From Macrostomum lignano (Eukaryota), in assembly GCA_002269645.1 (NCBI GenBank), contig NIVC01002171.1:1-64000 (forward strand): DNA of 64,000 bases, given 5' to 3'. Positions within the stretch are counted from its first letter, which is position 1. Each line of letters starts with the position of its first letter. Below the pieces are notes generated by a model, which saw only the letters and a program-made list of their open reading frames with translations, did no database searches and was not told the DNA's origin. This document shows positions 9,165-20,662 of this stretch, piece after piece. A program made the position numbers and the translations under genes.

Positions 9165-9488
9165 TTATTGGTGCGCTTTTCGTGGGGTTTCTGTTGGTTG
9201 TGCGGCTTGTGCCAGCTTTAAATCTTTTATTGCATTTATTTGTGAGAGGGTGTCGTTAAAATCTCTCAATTTCTTTAGTTCTTCTGCCGCTCTAGCTGCT
9301 TCAATTCCTCCTTTTACAGCATTTGTTATAGAGCCTGCTGCAGAGCCAGCTTGCCCTATAAGCCCCATATTGTCTTTAACAAAATTTGCTGCTGTTCCAA
9401 CCACATCAAAAAGCCCCTCACCTCGGTATTCAACTGGGTCTCCTACCTGCATTTCATTCAGATTTTGCAAATGAGTAACGTGTGTCAT
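9165..9488 (-). CDS. Polinton small Gly/Ala-rich protein
   Basis: 107 aa with GEGLFDVVG...AGSAAG amphipathic segment. Confidence 0.5.
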   Translation of the reverse strand: MTHVTHLQNLNEMQVGDPVEYRGEGLFDVVGTAANFVKDNMGLIGQAGSAAGSITNAVKGGIEAARAAEELKKLRDFNDTLSQINAIKDLKLAQAAQPTETPRKAHQ

Positions 9489-9526
9489 TTTTTGTTCTAT
9501 TTTTAGTAACAGAAAAAGATTGTCTG

Positions 9527-9624
9527 CATTCCATTTAGACCAGATTTTAGACCAAACAAAACTAGACTATCGTTTTGGTTTTCGTTTTCAAAAATTTGGT
9601 CTAAAATCTGGTCTAAATGGAATG
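9527..9624. repeat. Perfect 30-bp inverted repeat with 38-nt spacer
   Basis: cattccatttagaccagattttagaccaaa (9527-9556) and its exact reverse complement (9595-9624). Confidence 0.95.
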
Positions 9625-9710
9625 TTGGGTGGGTAGGTGAGCTGACTATAAATAGCTTCTATTCTTTCCGACCCTTCGCGCCTGCGGCGCGGGCAAGGGG
9701 GTTATAGAGT

Positions 9711-9976
9711 AGTAGTATATAAAAAGACGCTTCTAGATCAGACCTTATTTTAATGGCCGTTTGTAAGGTCTTAAGAGGGGGACGCGAGGGGGTGTTGGGG
9801 AGTGTTTGGAAGTGTTGGGAAGTGATTTTTATTGTTAGGGGTGATTATGGGTGATTAGATGTATTAATGGTGTTTAGATGTGTTTTTTTATTTACCCCCC
9901 GTGTCCCCCCTCTAGACCCTTAAAACGGTCATTAAAAAAGTGCTCTGGGTCTAGAAGCGTCTTTTTATATACTACT
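9711..9976. repeat. Polinton terminus with an internal inverted copy of itself
   Basis: agtagtatataaaaagacgcttctaga (9711-9737) is the exact reverse complement of 9950-9976; imperfect similarity extends to about 85 bp. Confidence 0.9.
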
Positions 9977-12929
9977 CAGCTGCACTTTTGCAACTCGCAC
10001 CCGTCTCTCCGCTGCAGCCAGCAGATGATGGTCGCGAATCGAGCTGTCTCGCCTTGCATGCAGATGCGCCGCTTTGAGCTCAAGAACCTGGTCGCCATGG
10101 TCGGGTCTAATCGTCTGACCGCCGATCGTTCCTCATTCATGCTAACGACTGTGCTCCGACCAGTCACCCTTTGTCCATGCCACCAGCTGTCAACCTCCGT
10201 CAGCTGCTGCGCTGAAGTTCCTCGAGACAACGCGTCGACTGGATTGAATTCGGTCGTGACACACCTCCACTGGTCCGGATCTGTGACAAACTTGGTCTCT
10301 CCAATGCGGTTCGCACCAAACGGCTGGTCAAATTTAAAGGTGCACTCTTTCCGATCGCTTCTTAATTCTACACCAAGCGTCTTGATGGATGGCATCGGTG
10401 TCCCTTCCAATGTTACTTCGGCTACTCGATCTTCTGGTGGCACTCTGCCCAACAGTTCTCGCGAATTGGACATCCATTTCCTGGGGTGCATCCCTGCACG
10501 CTCCCAGCGAGTCTTCAACTCTTGAAACAGCTGGATCGCCTCAGCCTCTGACCCGACCGAATCTAAACAATCGTCCATATAGGTGGAGTTGAGAACAGCG
10601 TCTGCAGCTAATGGCAGCTCTTCTTTCAGGCGTTCCGCATGCTCACGAACTACGAACTGTGCAAGAAACGGCGAGCTCGAGTTGCCGAAAACGATGCGGT
10701 TGGTCTCAAATATTTCAACAGGCTTGCTGGAGTCCATCTCACGGCGTAGAAAGCTATGCGTCGGCCTGTCCTCTGGCGCCATTTCGATCTGGAGGTACAT
10801 CTCGGACACATCACAAGCCCCAGCCACCGCATCTCTCCGGAAGCGAAGCAGAACGTCAAACAATTCTCGCTGAAGCTTCGGCCCTGGGAAGACCAGAGTT
10901 TAACGACTTTTCGTTTCCGCCCGCCGAGGCATCGAAGACGATCCGAACCTTTGTCGTCAGCTTGTCGAATCGAATAATCGGGAAATGCGGTAGAAAACAC
11001 CTTCTGGCCGAGAACTCTTCTACTGCAACGCGCCGGATGTAGCCTAGCTGCTCATATCGCTCTATACATGCTTGGTATTGCTTTGCCACCTCCAGATCCT
11101 TCTTCAACCGGGTCTCCGTGTTGCAAAGCCGTTTGATCGCCATCTCATAGTTATTCGAGCGAACTTTCGCCTCTGGCTTCCACGGAATTCCCACCTGGTA
11201 TCGGCCGTTTGTTAGCTTTAATGAAGACTTGGCTTGCTCGACTGCAGCTTGCTCATCCGCTGTCCAATTTTGATCTTGAGCTGGCCGGATTTCTTCGACC
11301 TCCCAGAACTTGCGCAGCACTGGTGACAGCATCTCCTCGCTGGTGACACAGAAAAAGGTGCTGGCCAAGTTTGTCTGATGCTGAATCTGTTCTACTGGAC
11401 CCACACCTGTCCATCCAAGGGGAGTCAAACGTGCTTGTGGCTCCCCAGGGCCACCGCGAACTTCTCGGTAGGACACGTGTAACTCCGCATGATCTACTCC
11501 TATCAGCAGGTCTATGAGATGCGGCGCGTGGAGCTGAGGAAATGGAATGCGCTCCAGATGTTTCCAATCTGCTGCCGTCGTCTGCCAATCCGTAGCCTTC
11601 AACTTCCCGGTGACGCTGTCTGTCGTGAATGCCGTGATCGGACGACTCAGACTTCCATCTACACTTTCGAGCGTCATCGTAACCGGAGCTGTCAACAATG
11701 TCTCTGTCTGTCCGTCCAAAACGTTCACTTTCACTTGCTCCACATTGCCCTCCAGTCCCAGAGCTTCAGCAATCTCCGCATTCACATACGTCCTTGTACT
11801 CGCGTCGTCCAACAGTGCGTTCACCTTCACTACACGGCCGCCTGCCTTGAGAACTACTGGAACTGTTCGCAGCGACGTTGCACTTCCACTTCCTGCCATC
11901 ATAGTTACGGCGGCTCCTTTGCGACCCGACTCAGCGCTCTTTTTGCCTCCTTCGGCCGGAGAATTCTTCCTCGACTCAGTTTTTGCAGCCTCGTCTGAGT
12001 GCAGCAAGCGGTGGTGAAACTTGTTGCATTCACCTATTCCACATCGGCGTCCATGACGGCATATCCGAGCAGCATGACCGCGAGCTAAGCAGCAAAAGCA
12101 TGATTTCGAATCTTGCGCAGCCTTCCACCGATTTTCAATTGACAGCTGTCTAAATGTTGGACACTTCCACAGCTCATGTTGATCTTGACACAGCATACAA
12201 GATTTTGACGGAGATCCTTGTTGATGATCTGCAAGAAACGTTTTGGACCGCGTCTCCTTCTTAACCTTCTCTTCACTCGTCACACCGTGCACAATCTCCA
12301 TGGCTTCTGTCTGGAAAGCGGCCTCCATCAGCACCCACTCACGTAACATCTTTACGTTCTCCTGCCTATGTCCTTCGAATAGCCAACGCCGGTAACGCGC
12401 CACCATCTGCTCAGGGAGCTTCTTCTGCAACTTTGCGTACAACAACCCGTCAGTCAATTCTGAGACCTTAACAGACTCTTCGAGATTTACAACTGCGACA
12501 TCTAACAGATTAGAGAATTGCTTGAGCTCTTTTGCATTGGTGGAGCGGATGGGTGGAAAGTTATCGAGCTCTTCAAGATACATAGCGATACGTCGGCGGC
12601 TGCCCCCGAATTCGCGTTCCAATCTGTCTTTGGCAGCCTCGTAAGCAGCGGCAGAGTGACCCAGATGTTCGACTAATTTCAAAGCCGGCCCTTGAAGATA
12701 TTGACGGAGTTGAAGCAATTTGAACTCCGGCGTGGCAGGAGCTCTATCAATACAAGCAGTAAAGGCGGCTTTCCAAGATTCGTACTGCTGCTTTTCGCCG
12801 CCGAACTTTGGGATCTCTACACGCCGAAGCATCTTCCAAAGATCCTTTGCTAACTCGGCTTCACCGCTGCTAGTCTGAGAATGGCCCGCCTCACTTACAG
12901 AGTCATCAATACTACTGGCACTCACAACC

Positions 12930-13260
12930 GGCATTGCCGTAGCCGCAGTCGCCATCGTCGTCGCCGTCGTTGCAGTCGTCGCAGTCGCGGCAGTTGCGGC
13001 AGTCGCGGCAGTCGCCGCAGTCGCGGCCGCAGTCGCCGCAGTGGCCGCAGTCGCCGCAGTGGCCGCAGTCGTCACAGTCGCGGCAGTTACGGCAGTCGTG
13101 GCAGTCGCCGCAGTCGCGGCAGTCGCCGCAGTCGTCGCAGTCGCGGCAGTCGCCGCAGTCGCGGCAGTCGCGGCAGTCGCCGCAGTCGCGGCAGTCGCGG
13201 CAGTCGCCGCAGTCGCGGCAGTCGCCGCAGTCGCTGCAGTCGCGGCAGTCGCCGCAGGCG
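12930..13260 (-). repeat. 9-bp coding minisatellite in BEL gag, encoding (ATA)n
   Basis: (gcagtcgcg/gcagtcgcc)n on the plus strand; the reading frame is kept. Confidence 0.9.
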
Positions 13261-13668
13261 CAGCTGTCCCGGCAGTCTGATGAGCAGTGATGAACTGAGT
13301 GACACATTTCATAGTGTCTTGAAACTGCTGCTCCACGTGATCCAGCTCGTCCAGAAGTTTGTCTCGAGCTTCTTCTGTGGCTTCTTGCTGAAGGAGCTCA
13401 TCATAGAATTCGTCAAGCAGCTTCACGCACTCTTCGTGTGCTGCAGTGGCTGCATCGCACGCTTGCTGGATCGCTCCATGATCGGTGTCGCTCTGTAGCA
13501 GCAGTACCAGACGGTTTCGACTCCTAGGTTGCTGCAGACTTCGTTCTTGCCTTCACTCGTCGAAACTGTTCGATGCGAAGCCGCTCCTCAGTGCTGATCT
13601 CTTTTTCTTCTTCATCTTCTGAGCAGCCAGTCTGCTGCTGATTCGAATCGTGGCTGGCCATTTACCTG

Positions 13669-13686
13669 AACCACGCTCTGCTACCA
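13669..13686 (-). promoter_or_regulatory. Primer-binding site of the BEL element, complementary to initiator tRNA-Met
   Basis: Minus strand TGGTAGCAGAGCGTGGTT, 4 nt after the LTR-end AACA. Confidence 0.8.
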
Positions 13687-14065
13687 AAAATGTTAACAAG
13701 AGATTCTTAAGAACTGAGAACTCAGCACTTGGCGGCTAGCCTCGCAATTGACAATCGTAGCAGACAACAAAATCACCAAGGGGGTAAGCGCAGTCTACTC
13801 TTGAGCTAGGTATATTTATTCTCAATATAATATGGCGGAGTTGACACAGGCTTTAGCGGGGGGGGGTTGTAAGTGTGCATGACTTACTATGTACTCGTAC
13901 GTTTAACCAAATCAGAATGGGGGGGGTGAGAAAGTGGCGTGAGGCGCGGAGGGGGGCAGGTAAATTAGCTAGGCAAATGATGAGTAATAGTACAGAAGTA
14001 CAATGAAACAAGCAAAACCTTTACTCTTCAATCCAGCTTTATTTTCCAGCAGCCGAGTCTTGACA

Positions 14066-16450
14066 GCCTTAAGACGCTCGTCCAAGGCGGAAGAATTTTC
14101 AGCGAAAACTACCTTAACTGAGGTAAAACGTCGTCCTGGTAAATTAGGATGCCTTTGGGATCGGCCAAAATGCTCTCCATCGCTCTTTGAAATATAAAGG
14201 AGACATTTTTCATCCCCATTTGAAGATGCGTGACGCGATATAGTCCCCGGGATGTGTTGATGTTGGACAATTCCTGTGCCTCCTTATCCAGAGCGATTTG
14301 CCAGTATGCCGATCTCAGATCTATGTTTGCAAACTTTTTTGCATTTTTTAGTTTAGAGAACAGGTGCTCGATTGACGGTATAGGGTGAGACTCTGACTTG
14401 ATCTTTCCGTTTAAATGTACTTTATAGTCCGCACACATGCGGAGCGAACCGTCTGATTTTTTCACCCAAACTACCGGCGAAGCGTTACTCACAGGACCTT
14501 TGATAGGCTCGATGACGCCCAGCTGTTGTAGCCGGTCGAGCTCCGCGTTAATCTTCTCCTCCAGCACAAGTGGCACAGGCCGAGCTCTGCAGAACCGGGG
14601 TTGCACTCCGTCAATCAGCTCCATCCGCGCCGTGATGCCTTTGATGGTAGGCAGGGGCTCCACAGAAGGCAAATACGATTTCGAATTTGTATGAAAAGCT
14701 GCGTCTGCATCAAGCAGGTCTCGTCCTAATAGACCAAAAGGCTTCCCAGATGAAACGACAATAAGCTCCGCATGTTGCAGCCGGCCTCTCATTTCGACGG
14801 TCGCGGAAAGCTTCCCGAGCGTTTTCATTGTGTGTCCGTCATAGGCCTCGAGCGTGCGATGACATGCAGTAAGAACAGGACAATCGAGAGACTTCCAGAT
14901 TTTGCTTGAAAGCACGGAGACGGAAGCCCCAGTGTCGAGCTACATGGGTGGGCACTTTAGTACCATTGACTACGATGTCCTCCGATGCTTCAGCTATAGC
15001 GTGAACGCTGTTCGTGTCCGTAAGGTGAAGAACTTCGGATTTATCGTCATCACAGGCATCCGAGTGATGCACTGGTTTCACCCCAGCCGAGCGGCAAACT
15101 GGGGCAAAATGATTGCGCTTTCCGCATTTTGAGCAGCTTTTGCCGTAAGCCGGGCATCTGCCGAACGGATGAGACTTGCCACAAATCTTACAGTTTCTCG
15201 CAATAGAGTTGCCTCTAGATGATTGACTTTCTTTGGCATAATGAACAAGAACACCATCTACCTGGAGCTGCTGCATCTTCGCCGTAGCTCCCTCATGTTG
15301 AACAAACGACGATACCTGCTCAATGTTCCTAACGAGGTCGACAATATTCGAGATTGGCAGTTCCTTCGTTTGCCTTTGTCCTTCTTCTCCAGAAACGCCA
15401 GTCGAGGTCTGAATTGCACCCAGCACGCGCCTCTGAACTTCTGGATTGCTGATTCCCGCGATGAGCGCCAATCTCACCATCTCGTCCTCTGGGCTTGAGC
15501 AAGTCTTCAGGTTGTCAAAGGCGCAGCGAGAGGCTGCCTTGCGCAGGCGGGATAGAAAATCCGTGATGGACTCACCAGCTGCCTGGCGAAGACAAAAAAC
15601 CTCGTGCGCTCAGCTATTATAAAAGACTTCTTGGGCTTTAAATAGTTTATCGCAGTTTCAATCTCTTGGAAGAGCAGCGTCTTGATTTCCTTCGGCGCAA
15701 CAATATGAGTTAACTTCTCAAGTGTGTCCAGTCCACACAAGGCCAGAAAGTTGTCGGCAATCGTTTTAGACGATTCTGAATCTTCCCACTTCTTCGAGCG
15801 AGCAAGAGCTTTGAAAGCTTTCAGCCAGGTTAAGGCGCAGTCTGCCTCCGCGAGGTTTAAGGTTTCGAGCTGCGACGCCATTGTGATGACTCGCTTGAAG
15901 CAGTTACATGCGATGAGGCCAAGAACGAGCCCAGAATTCAGATTTATTTCAATTAAGCCCAAAAGTTGTCTCACACTCCTGTCTACTAACTTGGGTACTT
16001 TTAATCGCTGCAATACTTTAGCACATAGACAGAATTACGAAAACATACGATTGTAGAAACACAAACAGAAAAAATAGCATAGCCGATCTATGTCAACGAC
16101 GTCCCCGTCTCAATAAATCACGTCCCCCTTTTCAGGGACCACGCCGTCGGCGACCTCGTCCCCGTCCTCGGGAACTAAATCCTCGCCTTCTGTGATAATG
16201 TCACCTGCCTTCTGTGACCACGTCCTGCCTTCGGAGACCACGTCCCCTGCCTTCGGAGACCACGTCCCCTGCTTTCGGGGACCACGTCCTGGCCCTCGGG
16301 AACTACGTCCCCTGAAACGGAACCACGTCCCCACCTTCTGGGATGACGTCACCGCTCTTGTGGACCACGACCCCTGCCTTCTGGGATCACGTCACCGCCT
16401 TTGGGTACCATGTCCCTGCCCTAAGAGATCACGCCCCGCCGTTGACATTG
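14066..16450 (-). mobile_element. Gypsy (Mag-like) retrotransposon fragment: gag, protease, partial RT; frameshifted
   Basis: gag at 15507-16013 and 14839-15480 (CKIC..H..C, CSKCGKRNHFAPVC). ORF 14109-14915 carries RT (CADYK, DLRSAYWQ, YQDD). Degenerate ~21-bp gaccacgtcccc repeats lie upstream at 16110-16440. Confidence 0.85.
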
Positions 16451-16641
16451 ATATTTGACATTGTGAAATTTTGGCGTCGTCAAGTCTGCAATCCCAAATT
16501 CCCTAATTGAAAACCCAAGAGCTCGATAGTAAGACAGACTGGCATGATAAGCCAGAGCTGCACCAAATATATATTACTTCAGCACTCATTGCCAAACAGT
16601 TGCTTTCCTCGCCTTCCTAACGCTGACCTGAGCTCCAACAA

Positions 16642-16694
16642 TGGCGACGAGGATGGGATTCGAACCCACGTGGGGAAACCCCAATGGATTAGCA
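16642..16694 (-). tRNA. Antisense copy of the 3' 53 nt of mature tRNA-Ser(GCT), including CCA (extended PBS; not a gene)
   Basis: Minus strand TGCTAATCCATTGGGGTTTCCCCACGTGGGTTCGAATCCCATCCTCGTCGCCA contains the anticodon GCT, a long variable arm, the T-loop GTTCGAATCC and CCA. Confidence 0.88.
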
Positions 16695-19600
16695 ATTGAT
16701 TCGCCAATTAACAATGGCGACGAGTTCAAGGGAGTTCATTGCACCCCTGAAGCGAGGAGACGATGCGACCCGGTGGCTCCTTCAATTTGAGGCAGTAGCT
16801 GCTTGGCAAGAAATATCCGAAGAGAACCACCGGCAGAAGAATGCACTCCTGGCCATGATGGGCACCGAGGCGTTCAACATGGTCGCCGACGCGATTGTGC
16901 CGAAGAAGCCGGTGGAAATACCTCTCAAGGAGCTGAAACAAGTCCTTCTGGGGCAGTTTCAGCCCAAGTAGCTTCCAATAGCAGCGAGATTCGAATTCTC
17001 AAAGCTCAGGCAAGGCGAGGATGATATTCCTACATATGTGCGCAAGTTGCGAGCGGCAACGGACGATTGCGAGTTCGGACAGGAACTCGAGAGCCGACTG
17101 CGCGACCAGTTCGTATTCGGAATCGCAAACACGGACGCATGGAGGAAAATGCTTACTGAGAAGCTATCAGACCTAACGCTGAAGAAGGCGATCGAGATAG
17201 CTACAGCACATGAAGCGATTAAGAAATCGCAGAAGAACTGGCAGAATGAGCCCTCTGTTTGCAACGTGGCCGCGCAGGAGAAGCGCAGGTCAGGATTCGG
17301 TAAGAAAACTGCCAGCTCATTCAAACTGCCTTACGAGCCAAAGAAAGGCCTGAAGGGCAGAGCCCCGACAGACAGTGAAAACTGCAGGTGCTGTGGAAAA
17401 AGAGGACATCAAAAGCAATCGTGCAGATTTCGCAACGAATCGTGCAGGGTGTGCCACAAGGTTGGTCATCTGGAAGCTGTTTGCCGACACAGGCATAGGC
17501 AAAACCAAGTCAGAATGGTCGAAAGTTCTACAGACCGGACAAAGGAGACGGTAAAGTTCATCTTCACTACAGGCACTCAGGATCGGGACAACTACATTGT
17601 GCATCTCAACGTCAACGGCAAAAAAGTAAAGATGAAGTTCGACACCGCAGCAGACATCACTCTACTTGGATGGAGAGACTTCAATGGTTTCACCGACCAG
17701 GTAGCGCCTTAGCCATGCAGTACGAGCATACGGGATTACAATGGAAATGTGATTGCAGTTAAGGGACGGTGTCAAGTACAAGTGGACCATCCAAATTTCA
17801 GCGGTAACCTGGTGGCATATGTCGTAGATCCTGAGAAGCAGAACATCATGGGAAGAGACTGGATTCTGACAATATTTCCTGGAATAGACCAGCAGATAAG
17901 TGGAGTTTTCCATCTAGTAGTGAACTTTCAGGCTCATCTCACTTTGAAGGAGGGGGCCAAGGCGGTCTTTCAGAAGCCAAGATCTATTACCTATGGATTA
18001 CGTGAGGCTGTTAAGTCAGAGCTCGATCGACTGGTGAACGATGGGATCCTCCAGAGCGTCCAGGAAAGCGAATGGGTGACTCCGATAGTGCCAATACGCA
18101 AGCCTGATGGGAGAATAAGGATCTGTGGTGATTATAAGGCTACAGTCAACCCACAGCTAATGGACATAGTGTCGACAACACCAGCAATGGAGGACATTCT
18201 CAACAACCTCCATGGAGCCAGATACTTCACCACGTTGGATTTGACAAACGCATACCATCAGCTTCCCTTGGATGAGCAGTCAGCTAAGCTCACCACCATT
18301 TCAACACCATTCGGACTGTACGAATACAATAGTTTACCTTTTGGAATCAAGCAATGCCCATCGATCTTTCAAAGCTACTTGGACAAAACGCTGTTTGGTC
18401 TCAACAATGTCCAGAGCTACCAAGACGATGTAATAGTGCACACGACATCAAAGGCCGAGCATGGGGAGGCTATGCAAGCCGTAAAGGCTAGACTGAAGAA
18501 CAATGGACTTCAGCTCAACGAAGCTAAATGTGTGTATTGCCAAGAAGAGGTAAAGATACTAGGCCTTATTGTTAGTGCCAAGGGTATCAGACCAGACCCA
18601 CAAAAGATAAGGTCAATGAAAGGATTCCAAAGTCCAAAGAATGTAAGTGAATTACGTAGTTTCCTAGGAATGCTAGAATTCTACGGAAGATTCATAAATG
18701 ACCTGTCCGCAATTCGAGCGCCACTGAACCAACTGCTAAAAGCCAACGCACAATGGCATTGGGATAAAAACCACGAACATGCATTTCAAAGACTAAAAGA
18801 TGCCCTAACACAGGATTCGGTTCTGGCAACCTTCGATCCATCGGTGGAGGTCACGCTTACGACGGATGCATCTCCACATGGAATCGGAGCGGTGCTGGAG
18901 CAGAGAGGCAGACCAGTGCTTTACGTCTCTAAGAGTCTATCCAAGGCAGGGATGAACTATGCTCAAATCGAACGCGAGGCCCTGGCTGTCATCTGGGCAG
19001 TCAAGCGGTTGCATAAGTTTTTGTATGGACGGAAATTCAAGCTTGTCACAGACAACAAACCTATACATTACGTTTTTAACCAGAACAAGACTCTTTCATC
19101 AGTAACGGCAGCAAGATTACAGCGCTGGGCAGTGACATTGATGGCGTACAACTACGAGATCGTACACAAGGCTACGAGCGAGATACCTGTTCCTGACGCT
19201 CTATCGCGTTGTGCCTCTTCCGGATCCGAAGCTGGACACTTCAAAGTCGACGCAATGCAAGACTGTACCAGCGATCCACCCGTGTCAAAGGACGTCATTC
19301 GCGAACAGTCGAAGCGAGATCCAGTAATGAAGCGGCTTTTCAAACAAGTACGTCACGGATGGAAAAGATCTACCAGGGGTCCACTGCAACAGTATGCCAA
19401 AGTACGGAACGACTTGGTCATAGATAATGGCCTAATCTTTAAGGAAAATCGTTTGGTGATCCCGTCAAGCCTGCGCAAGAGCGTGCTTGAGGAGCTTCAC
19501 AACGGACATATGGGCAAAGAATCCATGAAGTCATTTGCCCGACAGTCTGTTTGGTGGAGCAATATTGACAAGGACATCGAACATTTTGCGAAGGCATGTG

Positions 19601-20478
19601 AGCAATGTTCCAAAGGAAAGGATTACAGCAGACCACAGTGGCAATCGTGGCTGGATGAAATCGATCGCTGGAATCGAGTGCACATAGATTTCGCCGGCCC
19701 GTTAAGTACTGGTGCTTACGCGTTGGTGCTTGTGGACGCCTATTCAAAGTGGCCGGAATTACATTTGATGCAGAAAATAACATCTGAAGAGACTATTCGA
19801 AGGCTGAGTCGAACGTTTGCCCAGGAGGGAGTTCCACACACGCTTGTTTCAGATAATGGACCGCAATTCACGTCACACGAGTTCACGGAATGGCTAAATA
19901 ACATTGGCTGCAAGCATGTCAAGACACCACCATATCACCCAAAGTCAAACGGAATCGCCGAAAGATATGTTAGGACTCTGAAAAATCACCTGAGAGCTTC
20001 AGCGTCGAATGACTTGCAAGCTGATGTTGATAGATTCTTACTTCAGTACGGAAACCGAGAGCATCCGACTACAGGTCTAGCCCCAGCTCAAATCATGAAG
20101 GGTGGACTACTCAAATCACCGATTGTAAATCTTCAACGAGAAAATGTCAGGATCAGAAACTATTCTGACAAGGAAATTCTGTATGAGCCAGGTAACATCT
20201 GCGAACGGTTCCCCAATTCTGAGACTACAGTCATGGTCAGGACAGAACAGGGAAGGCAGAAGCTTTGTCACAGAGAGCAACTGAAGGAACGACTTGTTGC
20301 CGACGACACACAGGAAATCCCTACAAGCACATCGGAACTGGGTAACCTGGATGATGCAACCAAGGAGGGGCGTGCGCCCAGTCCAAGAAGCAAAAAGACC
20401 GACACTGACAGCACTCCAACAAACCCGACTATGGCTGAACGACCCAAGCGAGAGCGGAAGCCGCCGGAGAGACTTTAA
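16642..20478 (+). mobile_element. Gypsy (Mag-like) LTR retrotransposon; single gag-pol frame with two in-frame TAG stops; 3' LTR not found
   Basis: ORFs 16696-16971, 17038-17712 and 17749-20478 share one frame. They carry two CCHC knuckles, protease FDTAA, RT (YQDD), RNase H (TDAS..GIGAVL) and integrase (H..H..C..C, HIDFAGP, SDNGPQF, ERYV). PBS is TGGCGACGAG. Confidence 0.92.
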
Positions 20479-20662
20479 TTTAAAACGCTGGGGGATTCCA
20501 AGCTAGCTTGGCAAATATAATCGATTTTAGGCTAAACAACCACCACCGCACACGAAGGTCGTACATATGCACTAAATGAATGAGTAAATGAAGGAATTCC
20601 GCGACATTGAGATAAATAAAGCGTTAAAATGAGAGTTCGTTTCTCTTCTTCTGCTAAACGCA

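Larger units (their letters stand above)
1..9976. mobile_element. Polinton/Maverick (adintovirus-like) element, right-hand part; extends beyond window start
   Basis: AT-rich block with a protein-primed PolB, rve integrase and parvovirus-type PLA2. It ends in ...TATATACTACT at 9976 (AGTAGT terminus on the minus strand), followed by an abrupt shift to GC-richer BEL sequence. No capsid, ATPase or protease genes lie in the window. Confidence 0.93.
9977..14065 (-). mobile_element. BEL/Pao LTR retrotransposon, 5' part (degenerate), truncated by the Polinton
   Basis: ORF 10856-13426 has a gag core, three Cys/His knuckles, a protease (LLDDAS) and the start of RT. ORF 9976-10863 continues RT (YMDD). 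The candidate 5' LTR is 13691 to about 14065 (TG...AACA); its outer end is uncertain. Confidence 0.9.

Noticed and set aside
1-9700. Bacterial or phage contamination suggested by AT richness and intronless ORFs
   Set aside because: Gene content, the AGTAGT terminus and the clean junction into a BEL element identify an integrated Polinton
9711-9976. Independent 266-bp mini-Polinton insertion
   Set aside because: The flanks (..ttatag/tagagt and cagctg) share no target-site duplication
16642-16712. Functional tRNA-Ser gene
   Set aside because: The 5' half (D arm and acceptor strand) is missing or degenerate and CCA is encoded, so it is a reverse-transcribed primer copy
20479-20660. 3' LTR of the plus-strand Gypsy element
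   Set aside because: No match to the sequence upstream of the PBS (16440-16640) and no clear polypurine tract
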